From an uncultured Acidobacteriaceae bacterium (GTDB lineage Bacteria > Acidobacteriota > Terriglobia > Terriglobales > Acidobacteriaceae), in the NCBI GenBank assembly GCA_963780105.1, contig CAWABC010000055.1:3015-67014 (forward strand): a stretch of DNA of 64,000 nt. The letters are read 5' to 3'. Every line of letters begins with the position of its first letter. Within the stretch, counting starts at the first letter, position 1. The position numbers were made by a program, and so were the translations under genes. Shown here piece by piece: positions 1-10,285 of this stretch. The notes under the pieces are model-generated. The model did not search any database, was not told the origin of the DNA, and was given only the letters and a program-made list of their open reading frames with translations.

Positions 1-2436
1 CGGGTCGAAGATGGGATAGCTGTAATACGTCGGCGGCGGCAGATTCACATCGCGCGCCCGGATCATGTCCACCCCATGCACATAAAGGTAGGACACCGTC
101 CCGGTGAAGCCGCCGGTCAGTTCCCGCTCCAGGCTCAGACTCCCCTGCTGCACCCGCGGCGTCTTAAACCCCGGGGCAAACGCCGACACTTCGTTGGTCG
201 CATACTGCTTCCAGGCATCGGGCAGAGTGCACGACACCGAACCCCGCGGACAGTTCACCGCCGCATTGGGATAGGTCGGGAAAACCTGTTGCTGGTAGTA
301 ATCGGTTCTATCCAACTCCAGAAAAGTGTCGGTCAGACCGTTGTTATTGGCCACCGCCGACTCATAAATCTGCGGAATGCGGGTATAGAAGATTCCGAAT
401 CCGGCCCGCACCATCAGGGGACGATCGTCGCCGAGCGCATACCCGATTCCCACCCGCGGCGCGAAATTCGTCTCTCGCAGAGGCATCTTCCCCGCCTGTG
501 ACCACAGCGGATTGCTGACCATTCCCGACTTTGAAAACGTCTGCAAATCGTAGCGCGCTCCCATGCTCAGGGTGAAATGTGGCGTCAGACGCGCCGTGTC
601 CTGTACGAACCCGGCGTAGTCGTTGCTGTCGGGATGCGATACGGGATTGCCGAAATTCTGGATGTAATAGCGCGCCAGGTTGTCGGTCGGCCCAGTCCAG
701 CTGCCAGCATCCCAATTCCAGTTCGGCATTATCGTGTGCGCGTACGCCCGCAGCGGCGTCAGCGATACACCCCCGTGCATGGGCACAAACGTAAGCGGAT
801 TCACCACTATGTTGCCGAACAAATACTCGCCCCCATACAGCGACGGAAAGTAGTTGTAGTCCCAGGTGCGCATGGTGTCGCCGCCGAACTTCCACTGGTT
901 GCGCCCGCGGCTCAGGCTCAAAGTTTCGGCCAGGTGTAGCCGGTGTTCCCGCGTCTGCCGCGGCAAGATCGACGACTGCCCGAAATCCTGCAGCCAGTCG
1001 TAGATGCTGGTGCGCGTCCCGGTGGTGTTGGGAAACGACTGTTCCAGGTCGCGCGAAAATTGCGCCCGCAGATGGCTGGTCAGCCGCGGCGTTATCTCGC
1101 TCAGCAACGCGAGCGAGCCGCTTTCCGTCCTTACATCCTCCTCCCCATTTCCGCTGATCGCATCATTTGTAATCGGACTCGCCGGATCGAGGAAGACATT
1201 GTTCGTCCCGTAATACCGGGACGTATTTAGCCGCGCCGAAAGATGCTGATGCGGTGTCAGTACCCGGTCCAGCTTCAAGAATCCAGTGTCCCCCAGCAAC
1301 TTCGCAGGAAATGTTCCGCCCATGGTAGAAAGCTGCGCCGCCGCCGCTTTGACCAGCGTCTCATCACAGGCCGTCCCCCCAATATGCGGATCGCAGACCT
1401 CGTAGTCCAAAATACTGGGGTAGGCGCCCAACTGCGGCACCGCCACCGTCGAACCGTTCTCGAACTCGACCACCGCGGGCACATGAAAAATTTCCTGATC
1501 GTAGCCCGCGAATAGGAATGTCTTGTCGCGCTGGATCGGCCCACCAATGGTCGCGCCAAACTGGTTTTGCTGCTCGCTGGGATTGGAGCCCACAAAGGCG
1601 GGCGCCGCGCCTCCCAGCGAACTGTCGCGCAGATAATAGAACGTGCTCCCGTGCCAGGTGTTCGTACCCGACTTGGTCACCACATTCACCACCGCGCCGC
1701 CGGCCCGCCCCGACTCGGTTCCATACCCGCTCGACTGCACCTGGAACTCCTGCACCACCTCGTCGGAAAACTGGTAAGGCGCGCGATACCGTCCCATCGC
1801 CTGCGCAAAAAAGCCGTTATTGTTGTCGTTGCCGTCGACCAGAAAGCTGTTGTTGTATCCCCGAATCCCGCCATAAGAGAGGTCGCCGTTCGATCCCGAC
1901 GTTAGGCCTCGCGGATCCTGCGTCACTCCCGGCACCAGCAGCAATAGATCCGTGTACCGGCGCCCATTCAGCGGCAAGTCCTTGATCGCCCGCTGTTCCA
2001 GCAGCGCCGACACCGAACTCGGATTCTCATCCAAGATTCGCGGCGCCTCGGTCACGCTGATCGTTTCCTTCGGCCCCGCCACCCTTAGCTTGAACGTCAA
2101 CTCCGTCGCCGCTCCGACCTCAACCTGCATCAAGGGGGAAATCTGAGGCGACATTCCTTCCGCCTCCGCCCGCGCCGAATAGCGCCCCGGAGGCAGCAGG
2201 TCCACTGTGAATCGTCCCGCCGAATCCGTGGCCGAGTGATAGCGAATCCCCGTATCCACCCGGATCGCCACAATGTCCGCGTTGGTAATCGCCGCGCCCT
2301 GCGCGTCCAAGACAACACCCCGCAGCGCGCCTGTGGACGCATCCTGCCCCCAAAGGCCGGTGGCCCATAAACAGAAGATGACGATAGAAAAAAAGAGGTT
2401 GGTAATCGTAACCAGGAATGACCGACGGCGGCGCAT
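1..2436 (-). CDS. TonB-dependent receptor with N-terminal carboxypeptidase-regulatory-like domain (3' end runs off the window)
   Basis: Own minus-strand translation from the ATG at 2436-2434. It gives MRRRRSFLVTITNLFFSIVIFCLWATGLWGQD (signal-like), then GALRGVVLDAQGAAITNADIVAIRVDTGIRYHSATDSAGRFTVDLLPPGRYSARAEAEGM (CarboxypepD_reg-like), then plug-like LEQRAIKDLPLNGRRYTDLLLLVPGV and VNVVTKSGTN. The frame stays open for all 812 codons to position 1. It is absent from the ORF track because there is no stop inside the window. Confidence 0.85.
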   Translation of the reverse strand, partial: MRRRRSFLVTITNLFFSIVIFCLWATGLWGQDASTGALRGVVLDAQGAAITNADIVAIRVDTGIRYHSATDSAGRFTVDLLPPGRYSARAEAEGMSPQISPLMQVEVGAATELTFKLRVAGPKETISVTEAPRILDENPSSVSALLEQRAIKDLPLNGRRYTDLLLLVPGVTQDPRGLTSGSNGDLSYGGIRGYNNSFLVDGNDNNNGFFAQAMGRYRAPYQFSDEVVQEFQVQSSGYGTESGRAGGAVVNVVTKSGTNTWHGSTFYYLRDSSLGGAAPAFVGSNPSEQQNQFGATIGGPIQRDKTFLFAGYDQEIFHVPAVVEFENGSTVAVPQLGAYPSILDYEVCDPHIGGTACDETLVKAAAAQLSTMGGTFPAKLLGDTGFLKLDRVLTPHQHLSARLNTSRYYGTNNVFLDPASPITNDAISGNGEEDVRTESGSLALLSEITPRLTSHLRAQFSRDLEQSFPNTTGTRTSIYDWLQDFGQSSILPRQTREHRLHLAETLSLSRGRNQWKFGGDTMRTWDYNYFPSLYGGEYLFGNIVVNPLTFVPMHGGVSLTPLRAYAHTIMPNWNWDAGSWTGPTDNLARYYIQNFGNPVSHPDSNDYAGFVQDTARLTPHFTLSMGARYDLQTFSKSGMVSNPLWSQAGKMPLRETNFAPRVGIGYALGDDRPLMVRAGFGIFYTRIPQIYESAVANNNGLTDTFLELDRTDYYQQQVFPTYPNAAVNCPRGSVSCTLPDAWKQYATNEVSAFAPGFKTPRVQQGSLSLERELTGGFTGTVSYLYVHGVDMIRARDVNLPPPTYYSYPIFDP

Positions 2437-2624
2437 ACGAATCCCCTCGCATCAGAGACTTTGGAATTGGAGGGGGATTCCAGAAACCCTACGAATCTGT
2501 ATAGCAAAGGGCATCTCGCCGGAATGTGACGCACGTACCGGCAATATGTTCAGTTTCTTGTTTGGCTGTGGTGAATCACACGGTGGAGGGGCGCGCAGCG
2601 TTTCCCGCCTGCTACAATCGCGGC

Positions 2625-3164
2625 ATGCGAGGATTCACGCACACCGGAGAGGCGATCATCAGCATCGTCATACTCAGCCTCTCCGCCGCCAATGCACAGA
2701 AAGAGTCTCGACCCAACGTCCCAAATGCGATTCAAGCACGCCCCGGCGAAGAAGTTGTGCTGCTCGCACATGCCTTAGGATCGCAGATCTATACCTGCCA
2801 GGCGAGCGCGGACGGCAAGTTCATCTGGACCCTCAAGGCACCCGAGGCCGAACTGAAGGATGGAAATGGCAAGGTCCTTGGAAGCCATTCCGCCGGTCCC
2901 GCGTGGAAACTGAAAGATGGCAGCGAAGTCGCGGGCAAAACCTCGGCTCACGTGGACTCCGAGGATCCCGACTCCATCCCATGGTTGCTGGTAAATGCCG
3001 TGGGGCATTCCGGAAAGGGGTTGCTCACGAACGTGACCACCATACAGCGTATCCACACCCACGGCGGTAAGCCACCCGCCCAGGGATGCGATGAATCGCA
3101 CCGTGGCGCCGAAACAAAAAGCAGTTATACCGCGGACTATTATTTCTACGCACCGGCCAAGTGA
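2625..3164 (+). CDS. secreted DUF3455-like protein
   Basis: ORF 2526..3164. The internal ATG at 2625 gives a signal-like start, MRGFTHTGEAIISIVILSLSAANA. The mature part shows the IYTC / WTLKAPEAEL / GSHSAGPAW / IPWLL / IQRIHTHGG / YTADYYFY pattern I associate with DUF3455. Confidence 0.55.
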   Translation: MRGFTHTGEAIISIVILSLSAANAQKESRPNVPNAIQARPGEEVVLLAHALGSQIYTCQASADGKFIWTLKAPEAELKDGNGKVLGSHSAGPAWKLKDGSEVAGKTSAHVDSEDPDSIPWLLVNAVGHSGKGLLTNVTTIQRIHTHGGKPPAQGCDESHRGAETKSSYTADYYFYAPAK

Positions 3165-3314
3165 ACCGTGCGTCGTTGCAGATACTCTCTTGCGGCGGCC
3201 GCGTCATTCGGAAAAATGGCACAGGAGTGCGGCCGCGAAATGCCGGGCGTTGTCACTCGTCTCATAAATGAAGCGGGCAGGGTTGCTGCGGTAAAGTGGC
3301 GATTCTCTGCAACT

Positions 3315-3668
3315 TCACCCGCGCTTCGGAGCACGCTTTTTCTTGGTCCCCGCATTCTTTTCCACGCGCAACTTCCACGCCGCGCGCAGCGCGCCGGTCA
3401 GCACGTCCTGGCTCGCTTGCGAGAGGCGGATGTGGGTCGCGCCCATCCTTCCCCATCCGCCGTGAATGGGTAGGAAAACTTTCGGCAACTCCCGCACAAA
3501 TTCCGTCTGCAACTCCGGCGTGAGCATCAGGTTACCGTAGCCCTGGTCTTCGGAGGCCAACGTGGCGAAGATCCTGCCTCCCACACGGAAGTCGGGCGCC
3601 CCCATGTGCGAGCTTTCCTCTGCCCCCTCGAAGGTCAGAGCAATCCGTCGGAAATCTGCTGCTTTCAT
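3315..3668 (-). CDS. MmcQ/YjbR family protein
   Basis: ORF 3315..3869. The first 67 codons look non-coding. The ATG at 3668 gives MKAADFRRIALTFEGAEESSHMGAPDFRVGGRIFATL..., typical of the MmcQ/YjbR family. Confidence 0.65.
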   Translation of the reverse strand: MKAADFRRIALTFEGAEESSHMGAPDFRVGGRIFATLASEDQGYGNLMLTPELQTEFVRELPKVFLPIHGGWGRMGATHIRLSQASQDVLTGALRAAWKLRVEKNAGTKKKRAPKRG

Positions 3669-3873
3669 CGTCACTCCCTCCGATTCATCATCGAGGATGC
3701 CGCACCCGCCGCCTTTCCTAAGGCCGATTTTACAGCGCGAAAAAGACGGTGTCAGGCCTTGGGCCTCAGCAAGCCCGCTGGCCGCTGGGACTGAGACCGG
3801 ACTGAGACCTAGGACTTGAGGCCCGCTAACAGACTGCCATTCATGGTATGTTGTCCCTTCGTTTGGCAATCCT

Positions 3874-4395
3874 ATGATCCGCTCCTACCAAGGCGTCACT
3901 CCCCAGTTCCCCGACACCTGCTACATCGACGACTCCGCCCAGCTCATCGGCGACGTCATCGTCGGCGAACACTCCAGCGTCTGGATGAACTCCGTCCTTC
4001 GCGGCGACGTTCACCAGATCCGCGTCGGCCACTACTCCAACATTCAGGACAACTGCGTCCTCCACGGGATGAAAGAACAATACGGCGTCTACCTTGGCGA
4101 CTACGTCAGCGTGGGCCACTCCGCCATTCTGCACGGCTGCACCATTGAAGCCCGCTGCCTGATCGGCATGGGTTCCATCATCCTCAACGGCGCCGTCATC
4201 GGAAGCGGCTCCATCATCGCTGCCGGCACGCTGATTCCCGAAAAGGCGATCGTGGAGCCGAACTCCCTCTGGATGGGCTCCCCGGGAAAATTCCGCCGCC
4301 ACCTGGATGAAAAAGACCAGGCGATGATTCTGCGCTACGCCGAAAATTATCTGGGATACAAAGAATCGTACTTGAGGGAGCGAAAGAGCTCGTAG
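3874..4395 (+). CDS. gamma-class carbonic anhydrase family / hexapeptide-repeat (LbH) protein
   Basis: 173 aa. VWMNSVLRGDVHQIRVGHYSNIQDNCVLHG ... VGHSAILHGCTIE plus repeated [LIV]G hexapeptides. This matches the YrdA/PaaY-like family signature. Confidence 0.85.
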   Translation: MIRSYQGVTPQFPDTCYIDDSAQLIGDVIVGEHSSVWMNSVLRGDVHQIRVGHYSNIQDNCVLHGMKEQYGVYLGDYVSVGHSAILHGCTIEARCLIGMGSIILNGAVIGSGSIIAAGTLIPEKAIVEPNSLWMGSPGKFRRHLDEKDQAMILRYAENYLGYKESYLRERKSS

Positions 4396-4475
4396 CTGTG
4401 GGCACGGGCAGGCTGCGGCAAGACTCGGGTTCGTATCAGGGCATCAGTTCAGCGATGTCGCCAGTTCTTTGAAAG

Positions 4476-4541
4476 AAAACTGCCCGGCCCGCCGCTTGGG
4501 TGGCGGCTGTGTGGGGTCGTGGGGTGAGGCCGGGCAATTTT
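4476..4541 (+). terminator. long hairpin after the gamma-CA gene
   Basis: AAAACTGCCCGGCC (4476-4489) pairs with GGCCGGGCAATTTT (4528-4541) with 1 mismatch. An inner CCGCC/GGCGG hairpin lies between the arms, and the structure ends in a T run. Confidence 0.4.
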
Positions 4542-4729
4542 GTGCTTCCATTCAGGATTGCAATTGCTAATTTTATACCGCACCAGGGGCGAGCTTGTGT
4601 GTGACCATGATCACTGATCTATGTACGCAGACCACACCCGGCTGTGATGTAGATCACCGCCAAGACCGGTTGCACTGGCTAAGGTAAAAAGCGAAACTAC
4701 TCCAGCAAACACCTTTAGGAGAAGCAATC

Positions 4730-4987
4730 ATGGCCTATGTAATCACCGACACCTGCATTAAAGACGAGCTTTGCGTCGAAGTCTGCCCGACCGACTGCAT
4801 CCATCCCAAGAAAGACGAGCCGGAGTTTGAGGCCGCGACGCAGATGTATGTCGACCCCGAAGGGTGCATCGACTGCGGCGCCTGCATTCCAGCTTGCACC
4901 TCGGATTCGATCTTCGTGGCCGACGAACTGCCCGAGGACAAGAAAGAGTTTCTGGAAAAAAACGCGGCGTATTACGTGAAAAAGTAG
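4730..4987 (+). CDS. 7Fe-type ferredoxin (3Fe-4S + 4Fe-4S)
   Basis: 85 aa. Contains CIKDELCVEVCP (Cx5Cx3CP, lacking the second Cys, so 3Fe-4S-like) and CIDCGACIPAC (CxxCxxCxxxC). An AGGAGA RBS lies 7 nt upstream. Confidence 0.9.
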   Translation: MAYVITDTCIKDELCVEVCPTDCIHPKKDEPEFEAATQMYVDPEGCIDCGACIPACTSDSIFVADELPEDKKEFLEKNAAYYVKK

Positions 4988-5329
4988 CGTTCCTGTTGTT
5001 TCGGCCGGGCGGTTGGCCCGGCCTTCGCCTCCATCCCGACCTCATCGGGTTGGCCCGTCCAAGCGCCGCTTCGGCGGGGCTACCAGGTTCAGGGACTACG
5101 AGCGTGTGGTGAAACTCGAATTCGCGTTCATGCTAACGCGCTTGCGGCATGCCTGAAGCCAAGCCCTAATACGCCCCCCTACATCGCCGCCTAGCAAGCG
5201 TTTTGTCTCCTGCCTGGTGATCGGCGATAGAGCAACCCGCACGAGTAACTTGTGATCTCCGTCCTTTGCACCAACTGAAAACTCGTGCATACTTCGGACG
5301 CTCTTCCATACAGGAGGCTCTTGTAGGCC

Positions 5330-7693
5330 ATGGCTTCTCGTATCTTCTATGGCGCCGCCATTCTGCTGGCATCTTTTTTCCTTTACGCTGCCGACAATCC
5401 TCCCGCTGGCCCTAACTCCGACCCTACTTACCAGCAACTTCGCAACCTGACGCTGTCAGGCGAAGCGGTGAGCGTCAATAACTTTGTGTTGAAGCGCGAC
5501 GCTGGCACTTTCCATCTGCACTCGGGAACGGCGTGCTTTCTGACTGCGGTGCAGGGCAAGGTCACGGGCGCGGTGTTCACGGGAGACGGACATTTTGTCC
5601 TCGATCCGCCGCTCGAATCCGAGTGCCAGAGTTTGAAGCTGCTCACGAAAGAGAATGAGTTCAGCGAGAGCTTCAGTCAGGCCGTCCTGCGCTTCACCGA
5701 CTCGACTTATGACGACCTCAAGAAAGGCAGCAGCGCCGCCTCTAGCGGTTGCGATGCGGGCCTGCTGAAAGACAGCCAGAATACGACGCGCCACAAACTG
5801 AAGGACAACCTGGAAGCGCGCATTTTGCAGGACATCATGAGCGGTGAGCCGGGAGGGCTGTTCGTCGCCTTCATCCACGGCAAGCATTACAACGGCAAGG
5901 AGCTTTACCGGATCGATCCCGACTCAGGTTCGGAGCAGGTTAACTTCACCACCTACGACGAAAACAAGATGGGGCAATGGGCCTCCTTCAATATTTCCGG
6001 GGACCGTCCACAAGGCTCGGTGGGCAAGCGCTTCCACATTGAGCACCAGCAACTGGATGCGACGTTCGAAAAGAGCGGCAAGCTACTGGGCAAAGCCTCT
6101 ACGGACCTTACTGTGCGACGCAAGGGAGTCCGGGTCGTGGGTTTCGACCTATTCCGCCCCCTGCGGGTGCAGAGCGTGACCGCAAACGGGCAGCCCGTAT
6201 CCTTTATTCAGGAGGATAAGAACGACGACGGCGATTTCTTTGTCATCCTGCCCAAAGTTCTTGCTACAGGCGAGAAGTTCTCGGTCACGACCGCCTATGA
6301 AGGGAAAGACGCGGTCGTTAACACGGGCGGCGGAAACTACTTTCCGGTCGCGCGCGAAGATTGGTACCCCAACGATCCGGAGGGCAGTTTGGGAGAGTAC
6401 GCGCTGTATGACATGACTCTGCGTATTCCGAAGGGGATGAAGATGGCCGCCACCGGTGTGCTCGTTTCCGAAAGCAATGAGGGCGGCCAGAATGTAACGG
6501 TGTGGAAGAGCGAGAACCCGCAGACGGTGGCGGGATTCAGCTTCGGCCGCTTCAAGGAAGAACAAGCCAAACTCACGAAGCCCGAGTATTTCATCCAGTC
6601 CTATGCTAACGAGGAGTCTCCAGACTGGGTGGAGGCGCTGAAGGGCGGGCCGGCGATGGGCATGATGAGCACGACTTCCCTGAATAAGAAGGCGCTGGCC
6701 GAAGGCGAGATGGCGGTACAACTCTACACCGAGTATTTTGGCCCATCGCTCTTCAAGCACCTGCAATTGACACAGCAAACGGCGTGCAGCTTTGGCCAGT
6801 CGTGGCCGGAGCTGGTGTGGATTCCGATCTGCTATTACTTTGACACCACCGTTCGCCATCAACTTGGTCTGGACTGGGGGGACCGGGGATATTGGAAAGT
6901 GGTGACGGCGCACGAAGTCGCCCACCAGTGGTGGGGGCACACGGTCGGCTTCGCTTCCGGCCGGGATCAGTGGATGAGCGAAGGCTTTGCCGACATGTCC
7001 GCGTCCCTCTACATCAGTATGATCGAAAAGAATCCGAAGAAGTTTATCGAGTTCTGGAACGACGAGCGTGCTTTGTTGCTGGAGCGAAACGCCCAGGGTT
7101 TTCGCGCCATCGACGTTGGCCCTCTGACCATGGGTTACCGGGCCAACAACTCGCGGACCGGGTACGGCGTGACTCGGCGGCTTATCTATCCCAAGGGCGC
7201 CTACGTTCTCCACATGATTCGTATGATGATGTGGGACCAGAAGACCGGCGATCAGAATTTCAAGGCCGCCATGCAGGATTTTGTGAGAACTTACTCCGGC
7301 AAAGCGGCCACCACCGAAGATTTCAAGGCGATGATGGAAAAACACATGACGCCGGAGATGGACCTCGAGGGCAATCATCGCCTGGACTGGTTCTTTAACG
7401 AATACGTCTACGGCACCGCCCTGCCCACCTACAAAATCGACTCCACGTTCGAAAAAGACGCGAACGGCGATGTCGTATTCGGCTTCAAGGTCACGCAGTC
7501 CGGCGTGGACAATAAGTTCCGCATGCTCGTCCCCATCTACCTGGAGCTTGCCGACGGCCGCACTGTACACCTGGGCCGCGCGCGCCTGACTGGAAACTTT
7601 TCGGTAGATCAGAAGGTTCCGCTGAAGGGGTTGAAGGATGCACCCAAACGCGCGCTCGTGAATTACAACGACGATGTGCTGGCTTCGAATTAG
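5330..7693 (+). CDS. M1-family aminopeptidase (gluzincin), secreted
   Basis: 787 aa. Carries HEVAHQWWGH followed by WMSEGFADM (HExxH-x18-E). The N-terminal hydrophobic signal is MASRIFYGAAILLASFFLYA. Confidence 0.85.
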   Translation: MASRIFYGAAILLASFFLYAADNPPAGPNSDPTYQQLRNLTLSGEAVSVNNFVLKRDAGTFHLHSGTACFLTAVQGKVTGAVFTGDGHFVLDPPLESECQSLKLLTKENEFSESFSQAVLRFTDSTYDDLKKGSSAASSGCDAGLLKDSQNTTRHKLKDNLEARILQDIMSGEPGGLFVAFIHGKHYNGKELYRIDPDSGSEQVNFTTYDENKMGQWASFNISGDRPQGSVGKRFHIEHQQLDATFEKSGKLLGKASTDLTVRRKGVRVVGFDLFRPLRVQSVTANGQPVSFIQEDKNDDGDFFVILPKVLATGEKFSVTTAYEGKDAVVNTGGGNYFPVAREDWYPNDPEGSLGEYALYDMTLRIPKGMKMAATGVLVSESNEGGQNVTVWKSENPQTVAGFSFGRFKEEQAKLTKPEYFIQSYANEESPDWVEALKGGPAMGMMSTTSLNKKALAEGEMAVQLYTEYFGPSLFKHLQLTQQTACSFGQSWPELVWIPICYYFDTTVRHQLGLDWGDRGYWKVVTAHEVAHQWWGHTVGFASGRDQWMSEGFADMSASLYISMIEKNPKKFIEFWNDERALLLERNAQGFRAIDVGPLTMGYRANNSRTGYGVTRRLIYPKGAYVLHMIRMMMWDQKTGDQNFKAAMQDFVRTYSGKAATTEDFKAMMEKHMTPEMDLEGNHRLDWFFNEYVYGTALPTYKIDSTFEKDANGDVVFGFKVTQSGVDNKFRMLVPIYLELADGRTVHLGRARLTGNFSVDQKVPLKGLKDAPKRALVNYNDDVLASN

Positions 7694-7852
7694 AGTCTGC
7701 CAACACGAAGAGCAACGGGCTTCAACCGTGCTGTGGTGTTGCTGCTCGGCGTTTGGGCCTTCCGGCGGCTGTAAATCGATCCGCTGACCGCTCCACGGCA
7801 CGAGTGAGGTTTGGACTCGTTTCCAGTATTTGCTGCCGCTCCTTCGGCCCCG

Positions 7853-8362
7853 CTAGTTTACCGGATAGCAAGAGTGGCCAGTCATGTTGTACCGGGTGAA
7901 GTTGTCAACCATCACCTGCGCGAAATCTTCTTTGGTCGCTACCCGGTAGAGCGCGTCGTTAGGGTCAAAGTACTCCAACTGATGGGGATTCTTCAGGTTC
8001 GCTGCAACGACGTGGCTGGCCCCACCCGGCATTGTCACATTGATGAAGACTATCTGACCGGCGAGGGTCAGCAGCAGCGTGCCGGCGAGAACAGCTGCGC
8101 CGTGGGCCGCGCGTGTGGCTGCCCCCGCAGTCAGTCCATGCAGTCCGAAGATGCGATCCCGGGAAGGGTAGTAATCCTTCCCGCCCAGGCGGAACAGCGC
8201 TTGCGCGGCGGTGCCGTTCGATTGGATTGTGCTGGCATCTGTCTGAACGCAAGCCCTATCCTTACTAATCTTGGCGTAAAATGTGCACTGCCCGAAACAA
8301 ACTCCAAGTCCGGCGTTCTTAAGGGTCGCAATACTATTGTCGCCATAAAAGACTACGGCCAT
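7853..8362 (-). CDS. hypothetical protein, possibly a papain-fold (C39-like) cysteine peptidase domain
   Basis: 169 aa. There is a strong RBS (GGAGGGTGAGAAG before the ATG on the minus strand). The Cys ... His ... Asp order (GVCFGQCTFYAKI ; GGASHVVAANL ; EYFDPND) resembles C39-like peptidases, but no firm family assignment is possible. The overlapping plus-strand ORF 7811..8416 is judged a shadow. Confidence 0.45.
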   Translation of the reverse strand: MAVVFYGDNSIATLKNAGLGVCFGQCTFYAKISKDRACVQTDASTIQSNGTAAQALFRLGGKDYYPSRDRIFGLHGLTAGAATRAAHGAAVLAGTLLLTLAGQIVFINVTMPGGASHVVAANLKNPHQLEYFDPNDALYRVATKEDFAQVMVDNFTRYNMTGHSCYPVN

Positions 8363-8419
8363 CTTCTCACCCTCCTATCCGATAACGGGGAATCTGCATT
8401 CCCACTTCTGGGTTAGTAT

Positions 8420-8828
8420 TTCGGGAAGGCAGGCATCTGCTTTACGCAGGTTGCCACACATGCAGTCCGGCCCGCCGGATTTGGATCCACGCGACTGCAA
8501 GAGGTGCGCATTCCCTAAGTCAAGCAGATACGGACCTTCGGGAATTTCAATTTTGCCGTCTCAGAATACACCAAGCTGCCAGGTTTTGGCGCGGTCCGAG
8601 GTGCACTTTTCCCTTCGGAAGCCGCGTCGCCCTCGCAAGGCGCAGCTATCGCGCCAAGAAACAGGTGGCAAGGACGGCGGACCTAAGTGCGCTTTGCAGC
8701 AGCGGGGCGATAGGCAGGTAGGCCTTTAAGAGATGGAACCCAAACTGAAGCGCGTCCGTAACTCCATCTCGAAGAGATGACGGGAACCACGGTTGTTCGT
8801 GGACCTCGATAAACTGTACGCGACTCAT
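8420..8828 (-). pseudogene. decayed remnant of a SAM-dependent methyltransferase-like gene
   Basis: The ATG at 8828 gives MSRVQFIEVHEQPWFPSSLRDGVTDALQFGFHLLKAYLPIAPLLQSAL, then a stop at 8646. Downstream, other frames still read KVHLGPRQNLAAW and DGKIEIPEGPYLLDLG. The N-terminal block resembles a methyltransferase family I recall from memory only. Confidence 0.3.
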
Positions 8829-8917
8829 GGCGATTTGGCATGGTGGGTACTGCGTGAACATTCTCGTCGATATCCGCAAAAAAATCGATTCGACGTTAAA
8901 CTAATCAAGACGACGAA

Positions 8918-10213
8918 ATGATCAAATCTCCCCGAGGAACCCGCGATCTTCTTCCGCCCGACACGGCGCTCTGGAACTTTGTTGAAGCCGCTGTGCGCGA
9001 CGTTTTCCGCGCGTACAACTTCCACGAAATCCGCACACCGATTTTCGAATCCACCGAACTGTTCGCGCGCGGCGTCGGGGAGGAAACCGACATTGTCGCG
9101 AAAGAGATGTTCACGTGGGAAGATCGCGGCCGCGCCGCAAGCGATCGAGGACAGTCGCTCACTCTCCGCCCCGAAAACACCGCCGGCATCGTCCGCGCCT
9201 ACATCGAGCACAAACTCTGGGAGCGTGGCCTGAACAAATTCTTCTCGATCGGCCCTATGTTTCGGCGCGAGCGCCCGCAAAAAGGACGCTACCGCCAGTT
9301 CTACCAGATCGACGCCGAGGTCATCGGCCCCGCCGCCTCCGGCAGCCAGTCTCCCGTGCGCGACGCGGAAATTCTCGAACTGCTGGCCACGCTGCTCGAC
9401 CGCGTCGGTATCACCGGCTGGACGCTCGAACTGAACTCCGTAGGCTGCCCCTCCGACCGCGCAAAATTCAACGAAGCTCTTCGCCGAGCGCTCGCACCCG
9501 TGGTCGGAAAAATGTGCGCCGACTGTCAGCGCCGCGCCGTCACCAACCCGCTAAGAGTCTTTGACTGCAAGGTTCCCGAAGACCAGCCCATCATCGAAAC
9601 TCTTCCCTCCATCCGCCAGTTTCTGGATGAAGCTTGCCGCACCCACTACGAAGAAGTAAAACAGATTCTGAACGCCGTCCAGATTCCATACCATGAAAAC
9701 CCGCGCCTGGTGCGAGGCCTGGATTACTACCAGAAGACCACTTTTGAATTTACGCATGGGGCGCTCGGTGCGCAGAATGCGATTCTTGGCGGCGGGCGAT
9801 ACGACGGTCTGTCAGAAGCTCTCGGCGGGCCGGCGGCTCCGGGCATTGGCTTTGCCATCGGAGAAGACCGGCTGGTGCTTTCACTGATGGAGACCGCGAC
9901 GGCGGAGTCGGTGATCCGTAAGCCCGACGTTTATATTGCTCCGCTTGGCGCCGGGATGAATCGCGAGGCGGCTCGCCTGGCGCGCGAATTGCGGCGGCAC
10001 GATCTGGTGGCCGATCTGGTGATTGAACTTGGCGACGAATCGTTCCGCCTAAAGAAGTCGTTCGAGGCGGCCGACAAGATGGGAGCGCGATATATCCTCA
10101 TCGTCGGCGAAGACGAGGTGGCGGCCGACGCCTTCGCGCTCAAGCATCTGGCCTCTGGCTTACAAGTCACGGTCCCGCGCCGCGAGTTGGCGCAACGGAT
10201 TCTGCGGAAGTAG
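8918..10213 (+). CDS. hisS: histidine--tRNA ligase
   Basis: 431 aa. Starts MIKSPRGTRDLLPPDTALW...FRAYNFHEIRTPIFESTELF...EMFTWEDRG and contains RYRQFYQIDAEV. This is canonical class II HisRS. Confidence 0.95.
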   Translation: MIKSPRGTRDLLPPDTALWNFVEAAVRDVFRAYNFHEIRTPIFESTELFARGVGEETDIVAKEMFTWEDRGRAASDRGQSLTLRPENTAGIVRAYIEHKLWERGLNKFFSIGPMFRRERPQKGRYRQFYQIDAEVIGPAASGSQSPVRDAEILELLATLLDRVGITGWTLELNSVGCPSDRAKFNEALRRALAPVVGKMCADCQRRAVTNPLRVFDCKVPEDQPIIETLPSIRQFLDEACRTHYEEVKQILNAVQIPYHENPRLVRGLDYYQKTTFEFTHGALGAQNAILGGGRYDGLSEALGGPAAPGIGFAIGEDRLVLSLMETATAESVIRKPDVYIAPLGAGMNREAARLARELRRHDLVADLVIELGDESFRLKKSFEAADKMGARYILIVGEDEVAADAFALKHLASGLQVTVPRRELAQRILRK

Positions 10214-10227
10214 CTGGAAAGCTCTTG

Positions 10228-10255
10228 GCTTTTAGCTTTTAGCTTTTAGCTTTCT
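10228..10255. repeat. tandem heptamer GCTTTTA x3 plus one degenerate unit
   Basis: GCTTTTA GCTTTTA GCTTTTA GCTTTCT, directly after the hisS stop. Confidence 0.8.
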
Positions 10256-10285
10256 TTCAGTTCTTCGCTTTTGGCTTCTGACCGT

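Noticed and set aside
6149-7801. 550-aa minus-strand ORF.
   Set aside because: It is antisense to the well-supported M1 peptidase. Its composition is Arg/Gly/His-rich and it has no motif. This is a typical shadow ORF of high-G+C DNA.
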